In this document: piece after piece, positions 10,375-21,482 of the stretch
How positions within the stretch are numbered: position 1 is the first letter of the stretch
How the letters are laid out: the number at the start of each line of letters is the position of its first letter
Origin: Wickerhamiella versatilis
Lineage: Eukaryota
DNA length: 64,000 nt
Assembly: GCA_030867685.1 (NCBI GenBank)
Contig: JAQOWU010000008.1
Location: 3,472,001-3,536,000, forward strand
Direction: 5' to 3'
Position numbers and translations under genes: made by a program
Notes under the pieces: generated by a model
Databases searched by the model: none
What the model was told of the DNA's origin: nothing
Seen by the model: only the letters and a program-made list of their open reading frames with translations

Positions 10375-12321
10375 TTATTCATCGTCAGTAATAAGTTCTC
10401 GAATTTTTGGTATTGCCATTCTCAGGTCATTGATCTCTGAAAGCCTGGAGCGCATGCAGTCGAAGCCGAAACAGGATGTCATAACTGTTGGTAACTCGGG
10501 CAACCTTGGATATCGCTGGCTTATATGGGTAAGGACGACATTACGTGCATTCATTTGATTAGCTATGTCCAACGCCTCAGATATTGTTGAATGCCGCTTA
10601 GAGACCGCGTCCTCCTGTAGGTCATCGCCATGGGTTGCCTCATGAATGAGCAGGTCACAATGCTGTCCAATCTTGGCAAAAAAGGGATTAGGACGGGTAT
10701 CCCCTGAATATGCAACTTTGAAGCCATTATTATTACTGTTACTGTCATAGGTGATTGCCACATTATAACTGTAAGGACAATGTATAGCCCGACAGGTCTC
10801 TACCGAAAAACCAAGCTCAGAGCTTGCCTTGGACCTCTGCTCCTCACTCACTCTACCTTGGTAGCCCTGACCAACAACAGTTGTTTCGAGATCCACAAAT
10901 TTGATGCGGTTTGTATCAATTTCGTCGGCCCAATCGTTTATAAACAGAGCAAGCCCCCGAGGACCCAACAGTATCAAGGTGCCAGTCGGATTGACCTTGA
11001 GCCATTGCTGGACCACTGAAAGGGTTCCAAGGTGGTGGTCAGCATGCATATGACTTATATACAAAGCCTCCAGTTCCCCCAAGACATCTTTTGCACCCTT
11101 CGGGCCGTATAGACGACCCAGTGTGCCCCAAGTGCCCTCCCCGCAATCAAACATTATAGCTTTGCCTGAAGGCAGGCGTACCAGCGTACTAGACACATTC
11201 CGGTACTTTGACGGTGCTGATGCTCCCGTACCCAGGGTAACGACTTCAGGCTCAGCTACCTTCTGAGGCCCTGTCGCAGTGACTTCCCTGCAATCTGCCA
11301 AGGATGCGTCCTCAAATTTCAGCGGTTCAATGAGTCCCTGGGTTTGGCCAATGACCATAGGCCGACCAACACACAATTCAGTGTCGGGTTTCTTGGCAGG
11401 TGCCGAATGCAGTGCTGAGAAATGCTTGGGGAGTTCGGATTTCAGTGCATTTTCAAACTCGCAAAAACTATCTAGAGTTATCCAATCAGGGGAAAAGTCT
11501 GGATGTGAAATGAACAGCTTTGCATTGGGGAACTTATTCGCAAGATGCTGCAGCTCCTCCGGATCAACTTTCTCGCCGAGAAAGCAATATATGACCCGCA
11601 CAACAATATCACATTCAAGTACTTCACGCTTGCGCTTCAAAGGAACGAGCCATTCCGCCGACTCAATCGCTTCTGAGAGATGCCGTTGTTCAGGTGCGTC
11701 GATTATAAGCACCCGGGAAGGCTTTGGAGGCGTGCCGAGAACCTCTTCCGGGTAAACAACACGGCTCTCCGGGGTTGTCACACTACGACCTGCGCTAAGA
11801 TCGGCAAATAATTTTCCAGCCGGAACGCCGAGTGCTTTTGCCTTGTCCACGAGGAACTTGCCCCGGGTCGGTAGCATTTGTAGAACGTAAGACGTTGAAT
11901 CACCGCCAAGTACAACAGGCCTAATTTCAACATTTGTATCTCTAAACACTTCTGAAGTAACACCGATCTGCAGAGGGGCATGAGTGATGAACCTACGCCA
12001 TGAATTAATGACTTTCTCGGCCTGACTATGAATACCAGTGTGAATTACACGGGGTGCTCCAACCTGCTCATTGAGAGAAAGCAAATAACCTGGCAGGCCC
12101 CCTACGCTTTCCCACTCAAGCGAACCTGTCAGAAATATCCCAGCCAATTTTGTTCGACGAATTTTTTTTTGGTTAAGCGTACGCTGGAAACCCTCGGCAA
12201 TACGTCCAAAAATATACCGTTTTCCATCACGTGTTTGAAGCATCAGCGATGGATGCTTGACATCGGTGCATATATGTGACAATACAGTTATTCCAGGCAT
12301 GATCAGACGAGATTTAGCCAT
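10375..12321 (-). CDS. TRZ1: tRNase Z (long form, ELAC2)
   Basis: LGTGASAPSKYRNVS, DCGEGT, SHMHADHHLG, SGDTRP, HEAT, THISQRYP. Start placed at the first in-frame ATG (12321); a second lies at 12300. Confidence 0.95.
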   Translation of the reverse strand: MAKSRLIMPGITVLSHICTDVKHPSLMLQTRDGKRYIFGRIAEGFQRTLNQKKIRRTKLAGIFLTGSLEWESVGGLPGYLLSLNEQVGAPRVIHTGIHSQAEKVINSWRRFITHAPLQIGVTSEVFRDTNVEIRPVVLGGDSTSYVLQMLPTRGKFLVDKAKALGVPAGKLFADLSAGRSVTTPESRVVYPEEVLGTPPKPSRVLIIDAPEQRHLSEAIESAEWLVPLKRKREVLECDIVVRVIYCFLGEKVDPEELQHLANKFPNAKLFISHPDFSPDWITLDSFCEFENALKSELPKHFSALHSAPAKKPDTELCVGRPMVIGQTQGLIEPLKFEDASLADCREVTATGPQKVAEPEVVTLGTGASAPSKYRNVSSTLVRLPSGKAIMFDCGEGTWGTLGRLYGPKGAKDVLGELEALYISHMHADHHLGTLSVVQQWLKVNPTGTLILLGPRGLALFINDWADEIDTNRIKFVDLETTVVGQGYQGRVSEEQRSKASSELGFSVETCRAIHCPYSYNVAITYDSNSNNNGFKVAYSGDTRPNPFFAKIGQHCDLLIHEATHGDDLQEDAVSKRHSTISEALDIANQMNARNVVLTHISQRYPRLPELPTVMTSCFGFDCMRSRLSEINDLRMAIPKIRELITDDE

Positions 12322-12393
12322 GCATATGACTAAACCTAAGGGAACCACCAGTCTTCCAAACTAATACATTAGCAGTCTCTAATTTTCTATAAA

Positions 12394-13464
12394 TTATGCA
12401 ATTTTACGGCTCGCGCTAACGAAACCAGTACCCTTCAAAGCAAAGTTCACACCATCCTCACTCTCAGTCGCAATAACCTGGGTTCCACCCCAAAATACGT
12501 TGAATAGGCGGAGCAGACTTACCACTTGTGCACTCATAGCTTTTTCTCCAATAAGAATACGGCCGATGTCTTCGGATCCCAGCACCATAAGAGTCAGCAC
12601 CATTGGAATCACTGGCCTTGAAACGGCTCCTCGCACTGATATCTCGTAGAGAAGCTTCTTTGCAACTTCTGCGCCCAGATCTTCCGGAGTTTGGCCTGCT
12701 GCACCAAACCCCTGCGCACCAATAGGCCAGCCACTGCGGGTTTCTGCTACAAGGGTTATGCCAAAGCCCGGGGAGCTACCACTCTCTGCACCTTTTGTAA
12801 CATCAGCATAAATAAATGTTTCAACTTCAGTCGCTTTTAGCACCGCACGCGCAGACTCAATGCACCGGGTTACGGATGCGGGACTAACCCTCGTGGAAAA
12901 AGAAACACCCCGTATGCGGGCAACCTGATTGGGTTGTGTGGCATGCAAAGTCTTAGGCTGTAAAACACAATGCGGGATCGAGAGCACTACCTCCCCTCCT
13001 CCCTGGGGTGGCGAGCCTCTCCGAACAATACGAAGTTCAGAGTTGTCGATACCTAGTTTTGATAACGCGGGAAAATATACCGTACGTATTAAATCGACGC
13101 CTGCATCGAGGTCATTAGAAGTAACACCGCGTAAAGTTATTGTGGTTGGCTTTTTTGCGAACGGGGCCAGGAGCAGAAGAGGCTCTATGAAGTAGCCCAC
13201 AGCCCTCGACACTGGACAAATGTGGGTATGTGCTCCACCACTTATCAAACCTGGCCTATATATTATAGTTGTACCGGTATATGAGATCTCCATTACTCCA
13301 CCATTAGTTATGGACTCGAGAAGACGGAGGAAACTCACCTCATAGTCCTTGAGTCCTGGATTCACATCGTCAGGACGAATATCTGTGATCCTTATGGGCT
13401 TAGCAGAAAGCGTAGAAAGGACAAGCCGATAGCGGAAATCTTGATGACCCTTGAGCTCGATCAT
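12394..13464 (-). CDS. RCL1: RNA 3'-phosphate cyclase-like protein Rcl1
   Basis: FRYRLVLSTLSAKPIRI..IR.DDVNPGLKDYEVSFLRLLE; RRGSPPQGGGEV. Confidence 0.96.
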   Translation of the reverse strand: MIELKGHQDFRYRLVLSTLSAKPIRITDIRPDDVNPGLKDYEVSFLRLLESITNGGVMEISYTGTTIIYRPGLISGGAHTHICPVSRAVGYFIEPLLLLAPFAKKPTTITLRGVTSNDLDAGVDLIRTVYFPALSKLGIDNSELRIVRRGSPPQGGGEVVLSIPHCVLQPKTLHATQPNQVARIRGVSFSTRVSPASVTRCIESARAVLKATEVETFIYADVTKGAESGSSPGFGITLVAETRSGWPIGAQGFGAAGQTPEDLGAEVAKKLLYEISVRGAVSRPVIPMVLTLMVLGSEDIGRILIGEKAMSAQVVSLLRLFNVFWGGTQVIATESEDGVNFALKGTGFVSASRKIA

Positions 13465-13675
13465 GATGTAATCTTTTTTTTTGGGTGAGAAGTCAAATAT
13501 GGCGCTGATAACTGGGTTTGTAGGGTCCCTTGTTATTGTTGATTTGCACTAAGAATGCTTACACCATCTCGATTAGAACGCGATCTTTGAATCCTGGGAA
13601 TTTCAACAGACTTTTCTAGACAGCACCTGTTGGTCCTCTTTGTTATAAATCAGTGAGTAATCGAAACGGTAGGCC

Positions 13676-14542
13676 ATGTCCAAGCGGCCATCTCCTACGT
13701 CGGCTGGTCCGACAACGAAACGAGCTCGTGATGGCACAGAGATTCCAGCATCTCAGGTGCAAGGGCAAACACAGGGGCAAGGACAGGCGCAGGCGCAACC
13801 TTCCCAGAGTATGGACCCTGAAGAACTTAGTGATGCTCTGCATTCGGCGGGTGTGAATCTCAAGGAAGAGGAGAACCTGTTAAGCTCTAGCTTGCAGGGT
13901 TTCACGCAAGCCAGCTATGCACCGAAGAATGCAGAGGACTTATTTTTAGATTTGAATGGTCTTGTGACGCGCATTGCTCGGGTGGCGCAAGCGGAGGGCG
14001 TCAGGTTCGGTGCTGATCAAGATAATGATGCTATCCTGGAGGCGGTTGGGCTACTCTCGGCGTCTTGTCAGGAGTGGATTGCTGAAATTTTGACAGAAGC
14101 CGCTATCTTTTCTCGACACCGGCGAATGTCCAAGAACGACCAGCCCAGCCAGGTTAGCCGCGCCCTTCGTTTGCTTGCACAGAAAGATCGCGAAAGTGAG
14201 CAACGGCATGCCACCCTTAGGCTCTCTCTAGGGTTCAACGAGGACCAGAATGCGTCCAAGAAACAACAGGAAAGTGAAGAGATTCAGCACCGGGCGGCAA
14301 ACGACACGGCACGTATGATGACGGCAGGCAAGAAGAGATTCTCCTGGTTGAATGCCGGCTCTGGTGGCAATGCTAGACAGGCAGCGGGCCCTGTGAGACG
14401 AGGTAACAGTGACCCTCTACGTTTTAAAGAAGTGAAAGAAGAGCCCGGTTTGGTGATGCGTGACCTGCTTGCCGCCCTGGAAGAAAAGCATATGGGTGTC
14501 AAACGCGCCATCATCAAAGGTTATATAAAGCAACGTGATTGA
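13676..14542 (+). CDS. TAF4: TFIID subunit Taf4
   Basis: LSDALHSAGVNLKEEE, SRHRR, HRAANDTARMM..GKKRFSWL, MRDLLAALE. Confidence 0.9.
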   Translation: MSKRPSPTSAGPTTKRARDGTEIPASQVQGQTQGQGQAQAQPSQSMDPEELSDALHSAGVNLKEEENLLSSSLQGFTQASYAPKNAEDLFLDLNGLVTRIARVAQAEGVRFGADQDNDAILEAVGLLSASCQEWIAEILTEAAIFSRHRRMSKNDQPSQVSRALRLLAQKDRESEQRHATLRLSLGFNEDQNASKKQQESEEIQHRAANDTARMMTAGKKRFSWLNAGSGGNARQAAGPVRRGNSDPLRFKEVKEEPGLVMRDLLAALEEKHMGVKRAIIKGYIKQRD

Positions 14543-14696
14543 TATTTTGATGGCCTGTATTCACCGGTTTTAGTTTTTATTTTCAAAATATTTACATTAT
14601 AATTCTTTCCCTCCCAGTGCAGGTAGTGAAGTGGTAAAATAGTAAGAGGCGATGTGGATCGTGTTACGTAATAATATTTCCTAGTGTTTACACTCT

Positions 14697-17600
14697 ATGT
14701 TTGATGTGGCACGAACTCTAGAGACGTTTGCACAGGATCCGGACCAGTATTTGGAGCAGCCACTGCCTGAAGATGTCACTGTTGATGATATTATCAGCAT
14801 ACTGTCATCGGATCCCAGGGCAATTCTTGAAACTAACGTTTGGGAAGCGTCCTTAGGGACCCAGAAATATAGAGATGAGGAATGGGTTGACGCAATTGCT
14901 GGGGGCGTGAAGTTTTATCTGAACGAGGCTGTGGAAGCTCTGAACGCGTCAAATGTCAATGAGTTCGAAGAGATAGGCGACGCGATAGCCAAGTATTGTG
15001 TGCTGATCCATATCCAGCTCTCTCGGTTTCACACTATTTTTTCGAGCTTGGAACAAGAAACCCACGGGAGCACCACGGCAGCTATGGCTGGTCAAAGCGA
15101 TAGAAAGCGTCAGCAGGCCATATTGCAAAATGAACGATTTCGATCAACAAGCATGAGCACCCGTAGTCTCCTACGAGCTGGTTCTCATTTGTTAAGTCTG
15201 CAAGGGCTCGAGAGAATTCTGAGTGTCAGGTCGGTCCGCAGTTCGATAGTACGCGAAGGCCTTGTCAAGCCCACCCTGACTCTTTTCGCCCAGGAAAGCG
15301 CAATTGCAGACAATCAGCTCCATAAGGAAATAACTACTTTGTTGAGTCTCAGTATCAAACTTCACAAGATGGTGAGCCCAGTACAAATTCAGTGTTTACA
15401 TATGGTGCTCAGCTCTGAGACTAGCGTAGATGCCGTTATTCAATTGTGCCGCGAGGTAATGGTTGAATACGACAGTAGGACATTGGTCGATAATTTATTG
15501 CGCGATCTAGGTGAGCACGAGTGGGATGACCAGCGCCAGGCCAAGGGTGCTTCAGCTTTCCTTCAAAAGGTGGTGGAAATAATGCCCGAGGTGATCATAC
15601 AGCAATTACCTATTATCCAGTCATTCTTCACTGCTGGGAGTCCCCAGCTGCGCCAAGCGGCCCTAGAGGCGGCAGGTGCTGTCATTAAGTCTTTAAGTAG
15701 ACTTGATGAGGAGGAGACTTCCCGCAAACAGCTCGATGTACTTGTTGCCTTGGTGGAGGAACACACTAACGACGTCGCACATTTCTGTCGGTTAAGAACC
15801 CTCACAATCTTGGCTCAGCTCGTCGATTTTAGCCGTATCCGCCGCTATCGTCACGGAATAATGGATCTTGCAGTGCAAAAGATGTCCGACCGAAGTCAAC
15901 AGGTTCGTGCCGCTGCTATGCGTTTGGTTCAGAAACTCCTGGAGACGCATCCATTCAAGTTATCTGGCACCCAGTCGCTCTTAACGGCGACAGATTGGTC
16001 CAATCGTCTTGAGGCCTTAAGAGAGCGCATTAATACTTTGGGATTTTCGACTGAGTCCGAAGATAATGAGAGAATGCAACTGGAGATGATGGAAAAATTC
16101 CATGAAGATGCCCTTGAATTCATTGGCCAGCTTGACCAAGCCATGGATTTAGCACGTTCACTGTTGAGGTCGAAGTCTAAAAGTGATATCATTGATGCCA
16201 TTGACCTGCTTGTCTACGCCGACGCATTTGGCGTGGAGTCAACCAGGGCAGGTATTAACCAAATGGTACATCTCGTTTGGACAAAGGCCGACAACGATGA
16301 GACTAATGCAGTATGCAAGCATGCGGTCAAAAGTTACTGCGACTTGTTCCTCTCAGCTAATCCTGAACTCGCACCAGATGCTCGCGCGTGGGCAGTTGCA
16401 GAAAATTTAGTTGGTCAGGCAAAAGATGCCAGTGATGCCCGTATGACGAGCATGCAACAGCTCCTTGGATATGCAATGAACGAAGACAGGATTGAACCTC
16501 GGGTATTGACATGTTTGTGGCGAATGTACCAGCAAGCTGGTACCAGTTCATCGCGGGCTGCTGGTGCTGTTATGGTCTTGAGTATGCTGGCCGCTCATAA
16601 CCCACAAATTGCCCTCACTGGTTTAGATGAGGTCATTTTGACTGGGCTTGGTCCAGCTGGTGAGAATGACTACAAATTGGCAAAATTCTCTTGCGCACTG
16701 ATACGGCGTGCAATCACACCGGCAGCATTCAGGGATGGCACTGCTAGTAACCATCAACTATCGTCTTCACATCAGTTATTTTCTAGGTTGAGACACATCC
16801 TGTCCCAGCCTGCTAAAACCTTTGCTTGGTTTGGTATGGCTAAAGAAGCCATTGGTGTTATGACAGATGTATGCGTGAACCCAGAGGATGCCTGGTCTGG
16901 TTTATTGAAGAACCTTGTTGCTAATATATGGCCCACGGACGAAATTACCCTTAGTGACAATGATCGCCAGGTTCTTCTTGCTCAATTGGCTTATTGTGCA
17001 GGGGAGGTATGCATTAGTATGATCATGCTCCTCGAAAGGTTACAAGCAGCATATAAAAAGTCTTACTCTGAAGCCGAAGAGTTAGAAAAACAACGGCAAG
17101 CATCCAACGAGCCTGACGATGATGAACTTGCAAAAATGGGGGGTGGTTCCCTCGAGGAAACGTTCGCAGAAATGTTACGATATATCCGTGAGCGAGAAGT
17201 TTTGTACTCAGATTCCGCTCTTTTGCGACCATTTGCAAAGCTAATCTCTCGGTTGGTTTTTGATGAGTGTGAACAAACAATGAATCACCCTTTTCTTTCC
17301 ATTGCGATATGTCAATCGCTTCCAAAGTTCATGTGTGTTTCTGACACCTTCTGTAGGGAGCATGCCGATGTGGCCGTTCATCTTATGGCCACACATTCCT
17401 CACCTGTTGTGCGTTCAAACCTAGTCATTGGTCTCAGCGATACTGTTGTTTGCTTCAATAATATCATGGACGTTCACATGGGAGAGCTTTATGGGAGACT
17501 TAATGACGAGATACCGATGGTCCAGCGTACCACTATTGTGGCTCTCACATTCTTAATTCTGGCTGGAAAGGTGAAGGTGAAAGGAAGGCTCGGTGAAATG

Positions 17601-18077
17601 GCCAAGGCTATGGAAAATCCTGATCCAAAGATTGCTGCTCTTGCTACAATGTTCTTCCGAGAACTAGCTACGAAAGAGCGATCCATATACAATGCAATGC
17701 TTGATCTTCTCAGCAGTTTGGCAAATGATGATTCGTTGATGGAACCTGCGATGCGTAAAATACTTGCTTTCTTGGCAAAATTTGTCGACAAAGAGCGGCA
17801 TGTTAAGAGTCTTGTGGAGAAACTAGTAGCGAGATTACCCAAATGTACATCGAGAAGGCAGTGGAATGCTACCGTTGCTGTTCTTGAGAACCTTCCTGGT
17901 AAGCTTGACGATTCAGTTGTCGAGAAGATCAAGCAGGGTTACCGCAGCCTGCCTGGTGAAGCAGATGATGAGGATGTAAAACCAATAATTCATGAAGAGC
18001 CCGTCACTCAGCAGGTAGAACAATTCACCGAAGATGTTCAGATGCCTGATCTTGAAGAGCCTATCGCATCTCAGTGA
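14697..18077 (+). CDS. YCS4: Condensin HEAT subunit Ycs4/Cnd1
   Basis: 1126 aa. C-terminal Cnd1 motifs KFMCVS..FC, VRSNLVIGLSD, LTFLILAGKVKVKG, FFRELATK. Confidence 0.92.
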   Translation: MFDVARTLETFAQDPDQYLEQPLPEDVTVDDIISILSSDPRAILETNVWEASLGTQKYRDEEWVDAIAGGVKFYLNEAVEALNASNVNEFEEIGDAIAKYCVLIHIQLSRFHTIFSSLEQETHGSTTAAMAGQSDRKRQQAILQNERFRSTSMSTRSLLRAGSHLLSLQGLERILSVRSVRSSIVREGLVKPTLTLFAQESAIADNQLHKEITTLLSLSIKLHKMVSPVQIQCLHMVLSSETSVDAVIQLCREVMVEYDSRTLVDNLLRDLGEHEWDDQRQAKGASAFLQKVVEIMPEVIIQQLPIIQSFFTAGSPQLRQAALEAAGAVIKSLSRLDEEETSRKQLDVLVALVEEHTNDVAHFCRLRTLTILAQLVDFSRIRRYRHGIMDLAVQKMSDRSQQVRAAAMRLVQKLLETHPFKLSGTQSLLTATDWSNRLEALRERINTLGFSTESEDNERMQLEMMEKFHEDALEFIGQLDQAMDLARSLLRSKSKSDIIDAIDLLVYADAFGVESTRAGINQMVHLVWTKADNDETNAVCKHAVKSYCDLFLSANPELAPDARAWAVAENLVGQAKDASDARMTSMQQLLGYAMNEDRIEPRVLTCLWRMYQQAGTSSSRAAGAVMVLSMLAAHNPQIALTGLDEVILTGLGPAGENDYKLAKFSCALIRRAITPAAFRDGTASNHQLSSSHQLFSRLRHILSQPAKTFAWFGMAKEAIGVMTDVCVNPEDAWSGLLKNLVANIWPTDEITLSDNDRQVLLAQLAYCAGEVCISMIMLLERLQAAYKKSYSEAEELEKQRQASNEPDDDELAKMGGGSLEETFAEMLRYIREREVLYSDSALLRPFAKLISRLVFDECEQTMNHPFLSIAICQSLPKFMCVSDTFCREHADVAVHLMATHSSPVVRSNLVIGLSDTVVCFNNIMDVHMGELYGRLNDEIPMVQRTTIVALTFLILAGKVKVKGRLGEMAKAMENPDPKIAALATMFFRELATKERSIYNAMLDLLSSLANDDSLMEPAMRKILAFLAKFVDKERHVKSLVEKLVARLPKCTSRRQWNATVAVLENLPGKLDDSVVEKIKQGYRSLPGEADDEDVKPIIHEEPVTQQVEQFTEDVQMPDLEEPIASQ

Positions 18078-18398
18078 TATGGCCTTCTATAATCTTATAG
18101 CCTATTTAATCAGGAGTGCCAATCCAGGAATAATTCTTATCCTTAATATCTATTTTGTGTAAGGCGATGTGAGTTAACTTCATGATTGTGTGATTTGACT
18201 CTGGTAGTGAGGGGAGAAATCCATATGATCCCTAGTTAACTAGCATAAGATAACAAGAGTTGAAAATGGATAAACTACCGCTGAAGAATGCTGGCCATGC
18301 AATATAAAGAAAGAAAAAAAAACCTAAAGTACATCTATGATCACAGAGTAGGCTGCTATACTAGCCTACCTCTGAGGTTTATTACCCTTATTATTCTT

Positions 18399-18914
18399 TT
18401 AGCGACGTCCACGGTGCGACCGTCCACGAGCACGTGTCTTGGAAACTTTTACATTCGCGTCTCGGACTGCCATAGCCCCGAAACGTTTGATACGCTTCAG
18501 TTGTATTTCAAGGTCCTCGGTAGACTCATTAAATTTCTTTTTGCGAGAAATACGCGTTTCTAGGTCTGCAAGCGCCTTTTCAGTAATTGACTCTTCGGAT
18601 ACAGGTTTTGTGGCTTCTTGGGGCTCACTTGACGTGGCCTCCGGCTCACGGTTAGACTCCGCACTAATTGGCTCAGCAGGTGCCTCTCCCGAGGGTTCCT
18701 TGGCTGCTTCTTCGGAATTCTCCTCGGCAGTTGGCTGTGCCTCCTCCTCTTGCGGTTTATCGCTTCCAGCGCCGTCATCCTGTGTAGTGTCATTATCTTC
18801 CAGTCGCGAAATTAACTCAGTCTTTGTGCCACTTGTGGAGAGACCTCGTTGTTTGAGCAGCTCCTTGAGCTCGCTAACCTTATAATCCTTGTAAACCTTT
18901 GTTTCCTCGGCCAT
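18399..18914 (-). CDS. THO1: SAP-domain protein Tho1/SARNP
   Basis: N-terminal SAP motif KVSELKELLKQRGLSTSGTKTELISRL; C-terminal R..KF and R.KRFG motifs. Confidence 0.8.
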   Translation of the reverse strand: MAEETKVYKDYKVSELKELLKQRGLSTSGTKTELISRLEDNDTTQDDGAGSDKPQEEEAQPTAEENSEEAAKEPSGEAPAEPISAESNREPEATSSEPQEATKPVSEESITEKALADLETRISRKKKFNESTEDLEIQLKRIKRFGAMAVRDANVKVSKTRARGRSHRGRR

Positions 18915-19171
18915 TCTTCCTTGAGACCTAGCGTGCGAGGAGAGATGGGGAACGAGTAGTCAGCGCTGCGGCAAGTTGCGTGGTGAGACGAGCGACTGAA
19001 AAGGCTAATACGATGATTATAATCTACCATAATATCTGAGATTAGACTGCTCATGAATGAAGAATTATTTACTGGTGCGTATTAAGGAGAAGGGCTGAGG
19101 GGTTAGGATTCGGATTGTGCAGTATATATGTTCTTGTGCTATACACGATTGAATTAAGTAAGCATCACGGT

Positions 19172-21418
19172 ATGCCAGGGTCTGGGTCTGCGGTGCTCCA
19201 GCTCATTGATGAAGAAAAGCGTTTCAATCCAGCGACGTCCAAGTTTTTCAAGGATATTGGAATAGAGAATAATGGTCTTGACTATCACCTAGTTTCGGTA
19301 TTTGGATCGCAAAGTACAGGCAAGTCAACATTATTGAACGCAATGTTTGGCACGAATTTCGACGTTATGAATGAAATGAAGCGGGCGCAGACTACAAAAG
19401 GTATGTGGCTGGGATCCTGCCCAGACGAGCATAGACTCCTTGTTCTTGATGTGGAGGGTTCTGATGGCAGAGAGCGTGGTGAGGATCAGGATTTCGAAAG
19501 GAAGGCTGCATTATTTGCCTTAGCTACGAGTGAGGTGCTAATTGTTAATATGTGGGAACACCAAGTTGGTCTTTATCAAGGTGCAAATATGGGACTTCTG
19601 AAAACAGTATTTGAAGTGAATCTGTCATTATTTCAAACAGGCGGCCGTTTGCCTGCACGCTCTGAAATATTCTTTGTTCTTCGAGACTATACGGGCCTGA
19701 CTCCCCTCTCGAATCTTGCCCAAACTTTAACCGAAGATCTTGAGAGACAGTGGAGCGCCATTGCGAAACCTACGAAGGAGCTGGAGAACACGAGCATCAC
19801 TGAATTCTTTGACCTTAAGTTTGCGACATTGCCCCATAAAGTCCTTCAGCGTGAGCAATTCATGTCTCAAACCTCGGAACTCCGAAAGCGGTTTGTCAAA
19901 GGTGATGCATTTCGCCCTGAGTATCATCGCAAGGTACCAATAGATGGATGGCCAATGTATGCGGAACAGGTTTGGCAACAAATAGAGGAGAACAAAGATT
20001 TGGATCTTCCCACCCAACAGATTCTGGTGGCCCGGTTCCGTTGTGACGATATAGCCGCGGAAGCATGGAATGAATTCAACAACAAGTTGAGCGCACTTGA
20101 CCTCAAAGGATTTATACCAGACTTTGGCAAGACATTTGGGAAAATTAGATTGGATGCCTTGGAGTTCTACGATAATCTTGCTGGCAAGTATTATCCCCAG
20201 GTCTACAATGAGAAGAGGTTTGAGTTGCTTGGAAAGGTTGACGGCTTTTTAACGCAGCAGTATTCTTCCCAGCTGGCGGAAATTCACAATGAAGCGATAA
20301 AATTGTTCAAATCCGAATTGAAGAAAGGAAATGGCTCTTTTGTGGTATCACTTGCTGCGGCCTTGGGAGCTGCGCGTGAATTCTTTCTTGAGAAAGCAAA
20401 CGAAGCAACAATTGATCCTAGCTTCTATTCGTTTTCGGAGAAACAGGTTGAGTTCGAAGGAGAATTGGAGAAGGAGGTGTCCAATGCACGCAAGGCAGAA
20501 ATTTCCCGGACCAAACAGCGGCTTGGAAAGCGGTTGAACAAGCAATTCGACGATATTGGACTGTATTTTGACACAACCGAAGAGCCATGGGATGCTATAA
20601 AGGCGAGGTACGACACCGTTTTAAAGGAAGCATTAGCGATGGACTTCCAGCTGGGAGAAACCGAAGACGTGATGCTACCAGTCCAAGCTATGGTTGAAAC
20701 GACCGCATGGGATACCCTGCTAGTTAAAATACGTGAAATAGTCCGTGAAGATGCAGTAGTCCAAAGGCTCCGTGATCGTTTTGAGGAAAGCTTTCGTTTT
20801 GATAAAGACGGCCTGCCTCGTGTTTGGACAGCGAAGGATGATGTTGAAGGCGCTAATTTAAAGGGCCGCGATGCTGCATTAAGGATCTTGCCAAAGTTTA
20901 AGGCAGCAGTTATGTCTGATGGGAAGATTCTGGAAGGGCCCTCACAATCTGAAGAAGACTCAGATGGAGAGGATGATGACGACAAACTAGATTTAGCTGA
21001 GCTATTGTCTGAATCTCAGCTAGATGCTATCAAGAAGAAATTTATACGGTTCACGAATGCTGCGTTTGTTGAGGCCAAGAATTCAGCATCGCGGTCATCG
21101 ACCCACATACCCACCTGGATGTATGTCCTATTGATCGTGCTTGGCTGGAATGAGTTCATGACGGTTTTGCGCAATCCTCTACTTGTCATTCTATGTCTTT
21201 TGATATTAGCAGGTGCTTATACACTCAATTCTCTACATCTGACTGGAACTGTGCTGAACACTGTTCAAGCATCGTCCAAAAGTTTCATAAATGAATTTAA
21301 AGCATGGCTTCGCAAACAACTTGAGGAGCCACATCAGCATCCCCAAAAAGTCACTGCAAGCCCAAGTCATCACGAGGGTAATGATGAGAGTTTCCCCATA
21401 GACCCACCCAGTAGCTAA
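19172..21418 (+). CDS. SEY1: ER fusion GTPase Sey1 (RHD3 family)
   Basis: VFGSQSTGKSTLLN, QTTKG, DVEGSDGRERGEDQDFERKAALF; C-terminal TM hairpin LGWNEFM.VLRNP. Start placed at ATG 19172. Confidence 0.97.
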   Translation: MPGSGSAVLQLIDEEKRFNPATSKFFKDIGIENNGLDYHLVSVFGSQSTGKSTLLNAMFGTNFDVMNEMKRAQTTKGMWLGSCPDEHRLLVLDVEGSDGRERGEDQDFERKAALFALATSEVLIVNMWEHQVGLYQGANMGLLKTVFEVNLSLFQTGGRLPARSEIFFVLRDYTGLTPLSNLAQTLTEDLERQWSAIAKPTKELENTSITEFFDLKFATLPHKVLQREQFMSQTSELRKRFVKGDAFRPEYHRKVPIDGWPMYAEQVWQQIEENKDLDLPTQQILVARFRCDDIAAEAWNEFNNKLSALDLKGFIPDFGKTFGKIRLDALEFYDNLAGKYYPQVYNEKRFELLGKVDGFLTQQYSSQLAEIHNEAIKLFKSELKKGNGSFVVSLAAALGAAREFFLEKANEATIDPSFYSFSEKQVEFEGELEKEVSNARKAEISRTKQRLGKRLNKQFDDIGLYFDTTEEPWDAIKARYDTVLKEALAMDFQLGETEDVMLPVQAMVETTAWDTLLVKIREIVREDAVVQRLRDRFEESFRFDKDGLPRVWTAKDDVEGANLKGRDAALRILPKFKAAVMSDGKILEGPSQSEEDSDGEDDDDKLDLAELLSESQLDAIKKKFIRFTNAAFVEAKNSASRSSTHIPTWMYVLLIVLGWNEFMTVLRNPLLVILCLLILAGAYTLNSLHLTGTVLNTVQASSKSFINEFKAWLRKQLEEPHQHPQKVTASPSHHEGNDESFPIDPPSS

Positions 21419-21482
21419 AGCGTTTAAGTATATGAGTATCAGATTTCCGTGACAACCTAACCCTACCGGCTGCTTCGCGAGC

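Noticed and set aside
12322-12348. Upstream non-ATG starts in the ORF track (also SEY1, SME1, DUF1776, Ypq, FYV4, M16 protease, NPY1, SAPS, UPC2)
   Set aside because: Artefacts of allowing GTG/TTG starts in a eukaryote; trimmed to the first plausible ATG.
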